A stretch of 64,000 bases of DNA from Leucoraja erinacea (taxonomy: Eukaryota): contig NC_073385.1 of the NCBI RefSeq assembly GCF_028641065.1, positions 42,346,001 through 42,410,000 of the forward strand, given 5' to 3'. Under the pieces are notes generated by a model, which saw nothing but the letters and a program-made list of their open reading frames with translations, did not search any database and was not told the origin of the DNA. Shown piece by piece: positions 40,476-54,835 of this stretch (the first letter of the stretch is position 1; every line of letters starts with the position of its first letter). The position numbers and the translations under genes are program-made.

Positions 40476-43400
40476 TCTAAAGGTAAAATTAGTTTAGTTT
40501 AAGTTATTATTGTCACTTGTACCGAGGTACAATGAAAAACTTTTTTGTTGCATGCTATCCAGTTGGAAAAAATGCTATATATGGTTATCAAGCCGTCCAC
40601 AGTGTACAGATCCAGGGTAAAGTGTATCATGTTTAGTGCAAGATAAAGGCTGATTAAAGGTAGTCCAAGTGTCTCCAATGAGGAAGATGGTAGATTGGTA
40701 CCGCTCTCTAGTTAATGAGAGGACTATGATACATCCTTATTTGGCATTTTTGCTACCAGATACACAAAATATAAACGTAGTCTATAACAAGCCTGCTAGT
40801 TTGATTGTGAATAAAGTAATGTGTGTAGTTTATGCAGTTTAATTAAATCTTCAAATGCATTTGTAATTTACACTGAATGTTTAATGCTTCCTATTGAGTG
40901 ACTCGTGGGATTAGACATAAGAGGTTTGTGTTTACAACAAAATAAAAGCAGCTGTTTAACAGAACACCTTTAAAAACCTGTAAAAATGTCTGTGGGATAA
41001 ATAAATGCAAAATAAAACTGCACAAATATCGGCTGCTGGTGTAGACCTTTTACCTTTTAATCATTTGCTACGTAGGAGAAGTGTTTGTTTTTAAATTCGA
41101 ATTATGTGCTTGTCAAAAAAAACCTTAAAATGGTTACCACTGAGAAAACATAGTGCAAATCTTTGATGTTCATTGCTATGTTCTACCTGTTGCTAACATT
41201 CTGGAACTGATGGATGGCATTTTTGATCACTGCTCAAATATCAATCAAGTTCTTCACTGCCATGTGAAGGGAGGAGGTGCTCTTTAAGAACATTTATTGA
41301 TAGTGTTGATGGCAAAGAAAAGCCCAATAGGTTCAAATACCACTGCACTGATTTCACTCCACTGACTTGTTAAATGGTTGATATTTTAGTTTATTGCAAA
41401 ATAAAGTTAAATAGTTTAAGAATGTCTATGTCTATGTTTCTAATGTTGTCAGATTCTAGTACTGGTTTCAGTATTCCAAATTTAAGGAATACATTCTCCA
41501 AATGGATAGCATATTTCTGATTTCAACCTTTTAGTTTAGTTTATAGATAGATACAAAATGCCGTAGTAACTCAGCGGGACAGGCAGCATCTCTGGTGAGA
41601 AGGTGTGTACATAGGCCGTTCGGCCCACCATGTCGGCGCAGACCAATGTACACTCGTTTTATTCTATACACCAGGGGCAATTTGCACAAGCCAATTTGAA
41701 ATTGCATCTCTCTCAACCACAGTAGTAGCATTGCTGAAACATCTTGGAAGCGTAGATGGGACATCTTGGTTGGCATGGGCAAGTTGGGCCAAAGGGCCTG
41801 TTTCCATGCTGTAAGAGTCTATGAGTCACAGAAGTGTGGAAACATACTTTCAGATTCAGAGATTGTTTCTTCTAGCTGTAATCAGGCAACTGAACCATCC
41901 TATCACCATCTTGAGAGCAGTCCTGACTTCCTATCCACCTCACTGGAGATTTTCAAACTATTTTTAATCAGACTTCACTGGATTTTATCCTGCACTAAAC
42001 ATTATTCCCTTTATCCTGTATATATACACTGTGAATAGCTTGTATAGTCTTTTTGCTGACTGGATAGCAAGCAATTAAAAAGCTTGTCACTGTACCTCTA
42101 TCCAAGTGACAATAATAAACTAAATGTCCTGACCTGCCATCTAGCTCATTGGAGACCCTCAGACTATCTTAAATTGCCCTTTACTGAACTTTATCTTGCA
42201 CCAAACCTTATACCCTTAACCTGTATCTGTACACTGTGGATGGCTTGATTGTAATCATGTATAGTCTTTTGGCTGACTTGATAGCACGGAACAAAAAGCT
42301 TTTCACTGTACCTCGGTACTCGTGAACAATAGTAATAAACTTAAACTAACTATATTTGTTTCTTAATATTTAAATTCCAGTGAGTCAGTCATGGAAAATC
42401 TGCTGCTGTTTATTCAAAGATATTTTTGGATACAAAATGATAAATTATATACATCTCATTTTTGTCCTCGTTACATCTAATTTAATTCAAAGTAATCAAT
42501 GTTTAAATTGGGAGTAGGCTCCATAGCTTCATTATATCATTGAAATCTTGCCTCCGAAAATATGGCACTGGGATTGGTTTTGAGGAAGGTCTAAAGAAAT
42601 AAGCGACAGGAGAAGTAATCCTACAGCCAACAATGGAATAAATTATGTAAACGGATGCATTTGTTATTCAGCAATCTCCCCTCACACTTGTGGTATAAAT
42701 ACCAACATACTGTGAGTTCAGTGCATTAGTATTTAAGTTGCATAATAGGTGTACTTGTAGCATCTGCCGAAGCTGAGAAAATGTAAAGTGCAAATGTTTT
42801 AGAATTCAGATAAAGCAGTATTTTAAAAAACCCATGCACAAGTTGACTGCTGCTGAATCATTAATTGGAAATCAGCATCGTATTTCCGATGTGGTAACAA
42901 GAAGTAAAGATTGTATATTCATTTGATGTTCAACCTAAATGTCCTTGTTTATCGGCAACTTCATGTTCCTCGCTCCATATTGCACTTGCTTAACCCTCTA
43001 ATTCTCCAAAGCACTTTAAAACTGGCTCAACATATGTCTTTTCACCCTGTATAATGCTCTCTGATAGCTAAGTGTGAACCAATTGGGGTAGAAATTTAAG
43101 CCAATCAAAGTGCAAATTGCTGTTTTAAGAGTGCAAGAAAAAAATAGTGATAGAAATGTGTTTCTATAATATGTAGCATTCCTAAATGATCAGATAACAC
43201 CTGGCACATTGTCATAGTCATACAGCGTGGAAACAGGCCCTTCGACCCTACTTGCCTATGCCGTTCAACATGCCCCATCTACACTCGTCCCACCTGCCTG
43301 CGTTTGGCCCATATCCCTCTAAACCTCTTGCCAGTCCAAATGTTTCTTAAACATTGTATTAGTACTTGCGTCAAATACCTCCTCCTGCAGCTTGTTACAT

Positions 43401-44149
43401 ACTCCTGCTGCGGTCTGTATAAAAACGGTTACCCCTCAGGTTCCCCTGCTCACCTTAAACCCATGTCCTCTGGTGCTTGATTCCCCTACTCTAGGTAAAA
43501 TATTTTGTGCATTTACTCTATCTATTCCATTCATTCTTTAGACTTTAGAGACACAGCGTGCGGAAACGGGCTCTTTGGCCCACCGAGTCTGTGCCGACTA
43601 GCGATCTCCCCGTACACTAACACTATCTTACACACTAGGGACAATTTTACCAAAGCCAATAAACCTTCAAACCTGTACTCCTTTGGAATGTGGGAGGAAA
43701 CCGGAGCACCCGGAGCAAACCCACACGGTCACAAGGAGAACGTACAAACTCCATACAGGCAGCACCTGCAGTCAGGATCAAACCTGGGTCTCTGGCGCTG
43801 TAAAAGGCAGCAACTCTACCACTGCTCCACTGTTCCTGCCACTTATCCACCTAAATAAGGTCACCCATCCTCCATTGCTCCAAAGAATAAACCCCTACCC
43901 TGCCCAGCCTCTCCCTATAGCTCAAAGCCTCAAGACAAGGTAGCATCCTCGGAAATTTTCTCTGTGCCCTTTCCGCTTAACAACACCTTTTCTATAAAAT
44001 GGCAACCAAAACTGACAGCAATACAATAAATGTAGCCTTAGCAATGTCTTATACATTTGATATCTTTTGTCATGTTTTTACAACTTTTTTGTGAATTTTA
44101 CAGAAATATAACTGCAAATAAAATGACACTTTAATTTGTTTACTTGTAG

Positions 44150-44360
44150 CAGAAGACGCCATCTGAGTCTTTCACTGGAAGAGAGAAACGCTCAAACTCA
44201 CAACCATACGTTGGCCGTCCCATTAAGCTGGATAAGATTTACCTTTCCAAGGTTAAAGTGCCTCACACATTTGTAATCCATTCCTACGCTCGTCCCACAG
44301 TTTGCCAGTATTGCAAGAAGCTTTTGAAAGGACTCTTTAGACAGGGAGTGCAGTGTAAAG
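44150..44360 (+). CDS. PRKD1: PRKD1 exon (human exon 5 equivalent), linker and first half of C1b
   Basis: cttgtag acceptor, G|gtgagt donor; 211 nt; [70 protein letters not shown]. Confidence 0.96.
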
Positions 44361-44620
44361 GTGAGTTATTTAATCACTATGCATGTACAATGTTTTAAGC
44401 AATGAAAACTGCTGCAGTTCCTCTGGAAACAATATTTGCATTAAATTATGTTTTGAGTTTAAAGTTGCTGAATGAAGTTTGGACACAGATGAATTCAAAT
44501 CATACAAAACTTGTTCAATTATGATCAACAAAATCTCTATTGCATCTATTTTTTCATGTTTGAGGAAATGTTATAATATTATTATAACTTCTGTCTGAAC
44601 AAGTTTCCACATAGTTTTCA

Positions 44621-45215
44621 ATGGTTCAATGGTGCTTTTATAGTCACATGTATGAAGTGCTAACACAGTGAAATTCTTTATCTTACAAACAGTATTATGA
44701 GTAGATTATTGCCATACCCCCAATCCTCGTTTAACAATCGTACAGAAATAGTCCACTGAGCCTGCGTGCATGTTTTGGCGCCATTATCAAAGTCCACGCT
44801 CCAGCTCTGATGAGTGGTGCCTGTTCCAGACAAGCCTCAGGCTGCTGCGGTCCACCAGCCATCTCCTTCCTTGGACGCCACGTCCCTCTCCTCGCCCGTC
44901 CATTTTTTTCCCCTGGGGTGTGTCTCTTGCAGCTGACCACGAGGGCGCAGTAGGCCAGACCCCGGTTCACTCTCCTCTCTTGCTCCTCTTGTCCATCATC
45001 GCTGGCTCCATCCTCCTGGTCTCTGGACTTCGACGGGACAAGCAGGGGCAGGCACAGCAGGCTCCCCCTTTAGGCTGGCGGTCTGCCGGATCCAACGAGC
45101 AGGAGAACGGCTCCACAGGCTCCTCTTGAATCAGCGATCCGCCAGTCCGGGTCTTGAGTTTAGCCATGCAAGGGCTGTGGCCTCCTGCGAGCCTATGAAG
45201 TCACGGTCCGGAGTT
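44621..45215 (-). mobile_element. GC-rich non-autonomous retroposon with LINE-type 3' tail
   Basis: Tail motif ttta(t)tagtcacatg...acagtgaaattc followed by a GC-rich non-coding body. Similar organisation at about 22820-23180 and 2240-2670. Boundaries approximate. Confidence 0.5.
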
Positions 45216-47659
45216 TTAATCCTTGCAACTTCAGTTCTAGAGCTTATAAACAACATAACATTTTGTAGCACCTTAACAATCTTGATTCATTTAGCTTGGG
45301 GTCTGATTGCAGAGATACTAATGAATATCCAAGAGCCATTAATGTAATTTAAATTTTGTTTCCACAGAACTAACTACTCCAGAAAGTAGTATCGAAAAAC
45401 CAGGGAATTGGCAGCTTTCTAATATAGGGACTTTTGGAAAGGCACATGGGTATAGAGGGAATAGAGAGATATGGAATATGTGGAGGTAGATAAGAGTTTA
45501 GCTTGACATCATGTTCAGCACAAACATTGTAGGCCGATGGGCTTCTTCCTGTGCTGCATTGTTTTATGTCCCAAAAAAATAATCTTGATATCTAAAAATC
45601 ATCCATAGAGGGGCACGGTGGCACACCGGTAGAGATGCTGCCTCACAGCACCAGAGACCCGGGTTTGATCTGGACTACAGATGCTGTCTGTGGAATTTGT
45701 ACGTTCTCTCTGTGACTGAATGGGTTTTCTCCGGGTGCTCCGGTTTCCTCCAGCACTCCAAAGATGTACAGGTTTGTAGGTTAATTGGCTTTGAGAAACA
45801 TTGTAAATTATTGTAAAGGATAAACTAAGCTAAACTAATTTAATGTTCGGAAATATACCATGGGAATTGTGTTAGCTCGCTGATGCGATGAGTCCAATGC
45901 CGAAGCTACAGACAAATTGAAAACAAGAGTTTAAAAGTGCATTAATATTGTTAACATCTGTGGGATGGCACAGTTGGCCTGCGGCAGAGCTGCTGCCTAA
46001 CAGTGCTGGAGAGCTCAGGTGCTGTCTGTGTGGAGTTTGCACGTTCTCCCTGTGACCTGACATGGATAGAATAGACTTCGAGGGATATGGGTCAAATGCC
46101 TGCTAATGGGACAAGTGTAGATGGGCCGTGTTGGGCGGAAATGCTTGTTTTCATGCTGTATGACTCTATGACCGTTTGCGGGTTGGTAGGTGAATTGGCC
46201 CCTGCAAATTGCCCCTAGTATGTCAGGGATGGAATAGAAAGGGGGATAACATAGAGATGATGTGATCAATGGTCGGCATGCATTTGTTGGCCAAAGTGCC
46301 TGTTTCCGTGCTGTATCTCTAAAAAAAAATCTCTACTATTCCATTTCTTAGACAGTATATTTTAAGAACCTAATGCAAGCTTGTTCTCACGACATTGAGA
46401 AGACTCTGACTCCTTAAACCAGATTTCACACTGCATTGACGTCAGCTTCTGCATTGTGCCAAACTCAACGTTTCCTCAAATGGGTCTCGTCTCTGGTATT
46501 TAATGCAATGCAGTCGGATCAGTTCTGGTGACTCCTTTGAAACACCTTTTTGCTGAATGGAAAGGGGAAGTATAACTGCAGCCACTTTCTGCGCTCACAG
46601 TTGCAGAGAACAAAAATTCAAACATATTCATAAATGCCAAGCATCGCTGTGACAAGAATTTCCATAGTGGAAAAAAAAATGAGGCAAATGGAACAATAAA
46701 GGAATCATGTGGTTTTGGTACTGAGCAACTTAGCAAAGAAATTCAGATGAAACAAGTTTCTGGGAGGCAGTATTATGAACAAATTTCTTGTTAAAATGAT
46801 CTCTGTTGCAAATCTCCAATTATAATCTTCTTCTTCTTGCGAATGAAACATAAACAAAAGGAATTGTTAGATCTCAAGCCGGTTGTTGAGCAGCCAGGTT
46901 GTTGTCTCTGCTTCAATGTCTGCCAGGCCCTGAGCTCCATTTGGTGGGTGGTAGAGCGGGCATCCAGAGATGACATGGTTGGCTGTCTGTTGTTCTGCTC
47001 CACATTCACAAGCTGGGCTGTGAATTATAATGACACACATTATCAACTGCCATATTTCCATGAGAATCAACAGAAATACTTTAGAGACTTTAGACTTTAG
47101 AGATACAGTGTGAAATAGGCCCTTCAGCCAACCAAGTCCACACTGACCTGCAATCACCTGTACACTAGCACTATCCTACATACGAGGGACAATTTATAAT
47201 TTTTACCAAAGCCAATTAACTGACAAACCTGCACGTCTTTGGAGTGCGGCAGGAAACTGGAGCACCCGGAGCAAACTCACATGGTCACTGGGAGAACGTA
47301 CAAACTCCGTACAGACAGCACCCATAGTCAGGATCGAACCAGGGTCTCTGGCTCTGTAAAGCAGCAACTCTAATGCTGATCCGAGTATTGGCCTGAACAA
47401 AATTAGTGCAGTGATTTAGTCACAGCTAATTGGCCTGTCAAACATGTATTAAAAGGTTGGAAATGGAAATATTTGCTGATGACCACTTCAATTTTCACAA
47501 TATATGACACAAAAGTTATCAAAAGACATCAAATTAATTTTTGATGTTGATTTGCATATCCATATTTTTGCAGAATTGCTTTAATCAGAACTGTTAATAC
47601 AAAAATGTAATATTCTCTTCCAATGCTTGAGGCAAAAAAATGTTTTTCTTCCATATTAG

Positions 47660-47740
47660 ATTGCAAGTTCAACTGTCACAAGCGATGCGCCACTAAGGTG
47701 CCAAATAATTGCCTGGGTGAAGTTAACACCGGTAATGGCG
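47660..47740 (+). CDS. PRKD1: PRKD1 exon (human exon 6 equivalent), end of C1b
   Basis: ccatattag acceptor, G|gtaagt donor; 81 nt, phase 1 to 1; [27 protein letters not shown]. Confidence 0.95.
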
Positions 47741-48990
47741 GTAAGTTGAATAGTCCTATTCCATATGTTGAACCATTAGTCTTGTATGGGACATTTAAAA
47801 ACTTGGGAGGTTGTTTCCGTTCAAAAACATTTTTTGCCACAATAACGCACGAATGTTTCATGTTGATATTAAGGATAGGAGAGGTTTAGAGGGATATGGC
47901 CCTCTCAACAGCAATGAATGGAAAGAGAAATTGGAAGAAAACCTTGATCTTTTCTGGCACTTCATACAATGAATCTGAACCACCTTTAGGTTGGGAGGCT
48001 GGGAAAAAATTGGAGTCATTTTAGAATCCTGCATCTATCCATCATGAATATAGATCCATATCCATACCCAGATCCATAGTTTGCACTAAAAAGCAATGTT
48101 GGAGGAACTCCAGTCTTTATACAGGTGCGTGGATTGGAAAGTGTTAAAGAGATATAGGCAGGTGGGTTTAGTGTGGATGGGGCATCTTGGTCAGCCGGGG
48201 CAAGTTGGGCCGAAGGGCCTGTTTCCATGCTATATGTCTGAAGAAGTGTCTCGACCCGAATCGTCACCCATTCCTTTTCTCCAGAGATGCTGCCTGTCCT
48301 GCTGAGTTACTCCAGCATTTTGTGTCTACCTATATGACACTGTCTATTTCATGTAAATATAATGTGTGATCTTGTGTGAAATCTACATACAAAAGCACTG
48401 AAACTGTAAAACAAAAAAAAAACATATAAATGTTCAAACGTGAAATCAAGGAACTGTAGGTGTCAGTTTTCACAAAAGGACACAAAGTGCTGGAGTAACT
48501 CAGCATCTCTGAAGAATGTGGATAGGTGATGGGAAGACTGAATAAGGGTCCCAACTCGAAACGTCAGCTATCCATGTTCTCCGGAGATGCTGCTTGACCC
48601 ACTGAGTTACTCCAGCACATAGGTTTAGTGTCTTTTATTGTCAGGGGCACCAAGGTACAGTGAAAAATGTTTGTTCCAGTCAGTGGAAAGACTATACACG
48701 ATTTCAATTGAGCCGTCCGCAGTGTATGGATTTATGATAAAGAGGACTTTGTATCCTTTTCCATATAAATGTTCCGTCAGCATCTGAGAAATAGTACGGT
48801 CGTTGTCTGTGGATTGCCAGACATTTTTAGTTTAGTTTTGTTTAGGTTAGTTTCGAGGTACAGCGCGGAAACAGACCATTCGGCCCACCGTCCGCGCCAA
48901 CCCGTGATCCCTGCACACTAACACTATCCCACACATGCTAGGGGTAATTTACAATTTTACCAAGCCGATTAACCTACAAACCTATACGTC

Positions 48991-49634
48991 ATAGCAAATG
49001 GATTTGAGTATAAGAGCAGGGAGGTTCTACTGCAGTTGTACAGGGTCTTGGTGAGACCACACCTGGAGTATTGCGTACAGTTTTGGTCTCCTAATCTGAG
49101 GAAAGACATTGTTGCCATAAAGGGAGTACAGAAAAGGTTCACCAGACTGATTCCTGGGATGGCAGGACTTTCATATGAAGAAAGACTGGATAGACTCGGC
49201 TTCTACATGCTAGAATTTAGAAGATTGAGGGGGGGTCTTATAGAAACTTACAAAATTCTTAAGGAGTTGGACAGGCTGGCAGGACAGACAGACAGACAGG
49301 ACAGGCAGGAAGATTATTCCCGATGTTGGGGAAGTCCAGAACAAGGGGTCACAGTTTAAGGATAAGAGGGAAGTATTTTAGGATCAAGATGAGGAAATCA
49401 TTTGTTTACAGAGTGGTGAATCTGTGGAATTCTTTGCCACAGAATGTAGTTGAGGCCAGTGCATTGGCTAGATTTAAGAGGGAGTTAGATGTGGCCCTTG
49501 TGTCTAAAGGGATCAGGGGGTATGGAGAGAAGGCATGAATGGGATATTGATTTGGATGATCAGCCATGATCATATTGAATGGCGGTGCAGGCTCAAAGGG
49601 CCGAATGGCCTACTCCTGCACCTATTTTCTATGT
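48991..49634 (+). mobile_element. 5'-truncated CR1 LINE ending about 80 bp before PRKD1 exon 49714
   Basis: Same subfamily as 18360-18981; carries a (GACA)n expansion near 49283. Confidence 0.9.
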
Positions 49635-49713
49635 CATCTCTTTAGTTAGATGCTGGGTTCCGCCATCCTTGATGGAATGTGAGATTGAGTTGCATGTTTT
49701 GTTTATCTAATAG

Positions 49714-49906
49714 ATCAGCTTAGTCCTGGCGCGGAGACCGATGTGGTAATGGAAGAAGGAAGCGATGACAACGACAGTGAAAGAAACAGTGCGATTATGG
49801 ACGATATGGACGAGTGCATAGCGCACGATTCTGAAATACCGGTGAGCCACGGTGACGCCCGTGATATGCAAGACCATGAATACGATGACACAAACCGCGC
49901 CATCAG
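49714..49906 (+). CDS. PRKD1: PRKD1 exon (human exon 7 equivalent), acidic region
   Basis: taatag acceptor, AG|gtgagc donor; 193 nt, phase 1 to 2; [65 protein letters not shown]. Confidence 0.94.
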
Positions 49907-52900
49907 GTGAGCCTGCACCCATGAAAAATGTTATAAAGGGATTCCTGGTAACTAGATCTTGTTTCTATGGAAACTATATTTACATTCAACTATACTTTGA
50001 ATTTAAAGTTTCTGAATAAGTCATGGGATTCGGTAACTTGGGAAATGAAAGCAAAAGAAAATCTCTTAACTTGACCTATGACTATAAGTTCATAAGATTG
50101 TAAGTCTTAGAAGCAGAATTAGGACATTCAGTCCATTGAGTCTATTCCACCATTTAATCATGGCTGAATTATTTTTCGCTCTTAAGCCCATTCTCCCGCC
50201 TTCCCCCATAATATTTGGCATCTTTACTAATCCTGTCAATCTCTGCTTTAAAATACCAAATGACTTGGCCTCTACAGTCGCCGTCTGTGGCAATAAATTC
50301 CACAGATTCGCCACCTTCTGGCTCAATAAATTCCTCCTCATCGCCTTTCTAAAGGTACGATGCCCTTTTATTCTGAGGGTACGTCCTTTTATTCTCTTTC
50401 GGCACATTAAATGAATTAAAATCATACAAAATGTGTTCAATAAAATTCAACAATATCTCAATTGCTTCTATTTTTTCATGTAACATTGAAGGTATGTTTT
50501 AATATTTTGAAAACTCCCGACTGAACAAGTTTTCAACATTATGCACTGAGTTTTAAAACCATGCTACCCTTTCTCAAGCTTTTTCTGGAGAGCAGTCCTG
50601 ACCTCTCATCTACCTCATTGGAGACCTTAGAACAACTTTCTTTAATCAGACTTCATTGATCTTCAATGTTAAATATCACACTAAATCTTGAACCCTTTTT
50701 TCCTTTATCTGTGCACTGTGGAAGGCTTGATTGTATTCTTGTATATATATATTTTTTGACTGGGTAGTATGCAAACAATCTTTGTACGGGCGGCACAGTG
50801 GCGCAGCAGCAGAGTTGCTGCCATACAATGTCAGGGACCCGGGTTCAATCCTGACTACGGAGTTTGTATGTTCTCCCTGTGACTGCGTGCATTTTCTCGA
50901 GGTGCTCCAGCTTCCTCCAAAGATGTGCAGGTTTGTAGGTTAATTGGCTTCTGTAAATTGTCCCTCATGTATGTGATAGAATTAGTATACGGGGTTATCA
51001 TTGGTCGGCACAGACTTGGTGGGCTGAAGACCTGTTTCCACACTGTAGCTTTAAACTAAGTTAAAAGCTTTTCACTATACCTCAGTATACGTGACAGTAA
51101 TAAACTAAACTAAACATTAAAAAAATAATCACCATGGCGCCTCAATACTCTTGATTAATTTAACTTGTGATCTGATTTCAGATATACTAATGAATGTCCA
51201 AGAAGTATTTAACATAATTAAATTGGATTTCCACAGAACCAGCCACTCCAGAAAGATGTATACAAACAAACAGGCACTTGGCAGATTTCTAAAATAAAAA
51301 CTTTTGGCTTTTGGATAGGCACATGGATATACTGGGAGTAAAGGGATTCCTGATAAATAGATGCATTTCGCTTTACTGTACATTGTTAAATGGTTCATGT
51401 TCATAAAGTAATGCCTGCCGTCTAATGGAATGTTTACAGTTGCCAGCATTGTTCTATAAAGCATTGGTTCAGACAATGCTCTTGGCTCATGAGAAACACT
51501 GATAGACGGAAAGGGAAGATTTTGTCAGGACGCCCAGATCCGAATCTCTTCTCAGCAATGACTGGTTGCATTTATTAGCGTTTTGAACTGCTCCAGGCTG
51601 TATCAGAAAAGTGAGTGCTCATGAAAATGATCAAAATAATTAGGTTTTGAGAAGCCATTTGAAATCAGGGATAATGTTAACATGGTAGAAGCATCTCAAG
51701 AGAGATGCCGAGTTTAGGATAAAGGTAATGTGATAGGAGTAGAATTAGGCCACTCGGCCCATCAAATCTATTCCGCTCTTCAATCTGGCTAGAAGATCTA
51801 TCTTTCTCTCCTAACTCCATTCTCCTGCCTTTCCCTCATAACCTCTGACACCTGTACTAATCAAGAATATTTCTATCTCTGCCTTAAGAATATCGACTAA
51901 CTTGGCCTCCACAGCCTTCTGTGGCAAAGAATTCCACAGATTCACCACCCTCTGACTAACGACTTTAACAACTTTAGACTTTACAGATACAGCATGGTAA
52001 CAGGTCCTTTGGCCCACCATGAGTATGAAGTTCTCGTAAACCCACATGGTCACAGGAAGAACGCACAAAGTCGGCACTCGTAGTCAGGATCGAACCCAGG
52101 TCTCTGGCGCTGTAAGGCAGCAACTCTACCGCTGCGCCACTGTGCTGCCCAAACAAGTATCTGAAACTTTTGTGGTGAGAAGCGACGTGGTAAAAAAGTG
52201 GCCATGTAGTTGAATTCAGTTGGAAGAACAGAAAAAAACCCCTAAAACTGTCAATGTTATGCAGAAATAAACATACATCCTCAAATGGTTTTTATTTGCA
52301 GTATCACATTATAGGAGTAGAGGTTTAGGAGATTAAGAAATTAGTGAATCACTTATTTTCCAATCAACACAGGGAGATGTGAAGGACAAAACGCGAATCC
52401 AGATTTTTGAAAATCAAATCAATAAAATGCAGATGCTGAAAACCTGAAATAAAAAATTTAAATACTGGAAAAACTTCTGTAGGAAAAGAACCAGAACTGA
52501 TAATACAGGTCCAAGATCCAGTGGCACAGGTGTAGCGGTAGATTTGCTACTTGGCAGCGCCAAAGACCCAGGTGCGATCCTGACTACGGGTGCTGTCTGT
52601 ATGGAGTTTGTACATTTTCCCCGTGACCTGCGTGGGTTTTATCTGGGTGCTCCGTTTTCCTCCCACACTCCAAAGACCCACACTCCAAAGACAGGTTTGT
52701 AGGTTAATTGAATCTTAGTGAAATTGTCTATTGTCCCTAGTGTATGTAGGACAGTGTTAGTGTGCGGGGATCACTGGTCGGTGCCTACCCGGTGTGTCGA
52801 AGGGCCTGTTTCTGCACTGTATCTCTAAACTAAACTAAACCCTTTTGACAGAACTCCAAGACTTAGTGTCTTTCCTTCACATTTAACGCCCAAATTGCTT

Positions 52901-53425
52901 TACAAGTGTGAGAGAATTATGCATGTGTAAAATCAGTTGTGTATAATCTTGCTGTTGAGATCACTATGCATACGTTAAACATACGTGGGCAATCCAGCCC
53001 ATACATCCATTGGTATTTTGCATGCAGTGTGCTGTTATCGTAGCATTACTTCACTTATTGCATTAAAACATTGTGCTACACATACAGTGCTACATATACA
53101 GTGGCCTCCATAATGTTTGGGACAAAGACCCATCATTTATTTATTTGCCTCTTTACTCTACAATTTGAGATTTGTAATAGAAAAAAAAAATCACATGTGG
53201 TTAAAGATCACATTGTCAGATTTTATTAAAGGGCATTTTTTTATACATTTTGGTCCCCCCATTTCAGGGCACCATTATCATTGGGACACATGGCTTCACG
53301 GGCGTTTGTAATTGCTCATGTGATCTTAAATGCTTTCTTAATGCAGGTATAAGAGAGCTCTCAGCACCCGGTCTTTTCTCCAGTCTTTCAATCACCTTTG
53401 GCAACTTTTATTGCTGTTTATCAAC

Positions 53426-54835
53426 ATGAGGACCAAAGTTTTGCCAATGAAAGTCAAATAATCCATTATGAGACTGAGAAACAAGAATAAAACTGTTAGA
53501 GATATCAGCAAAACCTTCGGCTTATCAAAATCAACTGTTTGGAACATCATTAAGAAGAAAGAGAGCACTGGTGAGCTTACTAATCGCAAAGGGACTGGCA
53601 GGCCAAGGAAGACCTCCACAGCTGATGACAGAATAATTCTCTATAATAAAGAAAAATACCCAAACACCTGTCTGACAGATCAGAAACATTCTTCAGGAGT
53701 CAGGTGTGGATTTGTCAATGACCATTGTTCGACCAACGTGCATGCTCAGAAAAGTTCAAAATGTCAGTTGGAAGGGACCACGTTACCAACGCCCAGCTCT
53801 ATAGGGAGATTCCACCTCTGACCGAGAAGATCAGGTGGAGAAGGACGAGGCTCGCTGGTCACTGCCACCACCACCCAGAAATGCCAGCAAACAAGGTTGT
53901 GCTGTGGGACCCGGGACAGCCAATCAAGACGATGCTGAAGATGCAGGAGTAGAGACAAACGAGGAGCTTGCCAGCTGCATGGGGGACAGAGATGTGTGGT
54001 GCGTCCGTCACCGTGCCCATCGGAAACCAGCACCATTGCGTCGCTAATGTTTTCAACGATTTAATAATAATAATAGTAATAATAATAATAATAATAAACT
54101 ATCCTCAGAATACTTCATGAACAGAAATACAGAGGCTACACTGCAAGATGCAAACAACTGGTTAGCCGCCAAAATAGGATGGCCAGGTTACAGTTTGTCA
54201 AGAAGTACTTAAAAGAGTAACCACAGTTCTGGAAAAGGGTCTTGTGGACAGATGAGATGAAGATTAACTTGTATCAGAGTAATGGCAAGAGCAAAGTATG
54301 GAGGAGAGAAGGAACTGCCCAAGATCCAAAGCATACCACCTCATCTGTGAAACACAGTGGTGGGGTGTTATGGCCTGGGCATGTATGGCTGCAGAAGGTA
54401 CTGGCTCACTTATCTTTATTGATGACACAACTGCTGATGGAAGTAGCACAATGAATTCTGCAGTGTATAGACACATCCTATCTGCTGAAGTTCAAACAAA
54501 TGCCTCAAAACTCATTGGCTGTATGTTCATTCTATAACAAGACGTGATCCCAAACATACTGCTAAAGCAACAAAAGGGTTTTTCAAAGCTAAAAAATGGT
54601 CAATTAATGAGTGGCCAAGTCAATCTCCCGATCTGAACCCAATTGAGCATGCCTTTTATATGCTGAAGGGAAAACTGAAGAGGACTAGCCCCCGAAACAA
54701 GCATAAGCTAAAGATGGCTGCATTACAGGCCTGGCAGAGCATCGCCGGAGAAGACACCCAGCAACTGGTGGTGTCCATGAATCGCAGACATCAAGCAGTC
54801 ATTGCATGCAGAGGACATGCAACAAAAATACTAAA
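53426..54835 (+). pseudogene. Tc1 transposase pseudogene
   Basis: HTH region (DISKTFGLSKSTVWNII), GRPRK, WTDEMKINLY, QD.DPKH, WPSQSPDLNPIEH; stops and frameshifts; split by an RTE fragment. Confidence 0.9.
53725..54097 (+). mobile_element. RTE-clade LINE 3' fragment nested in Tc1
   Basis: RDHVTNAQLYREIPPLTEKIRWRRTRLAGHC...MGDRDVW (RTE-like C-terminus), ending in a (TAA)n tail. Confidence 0.75.
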
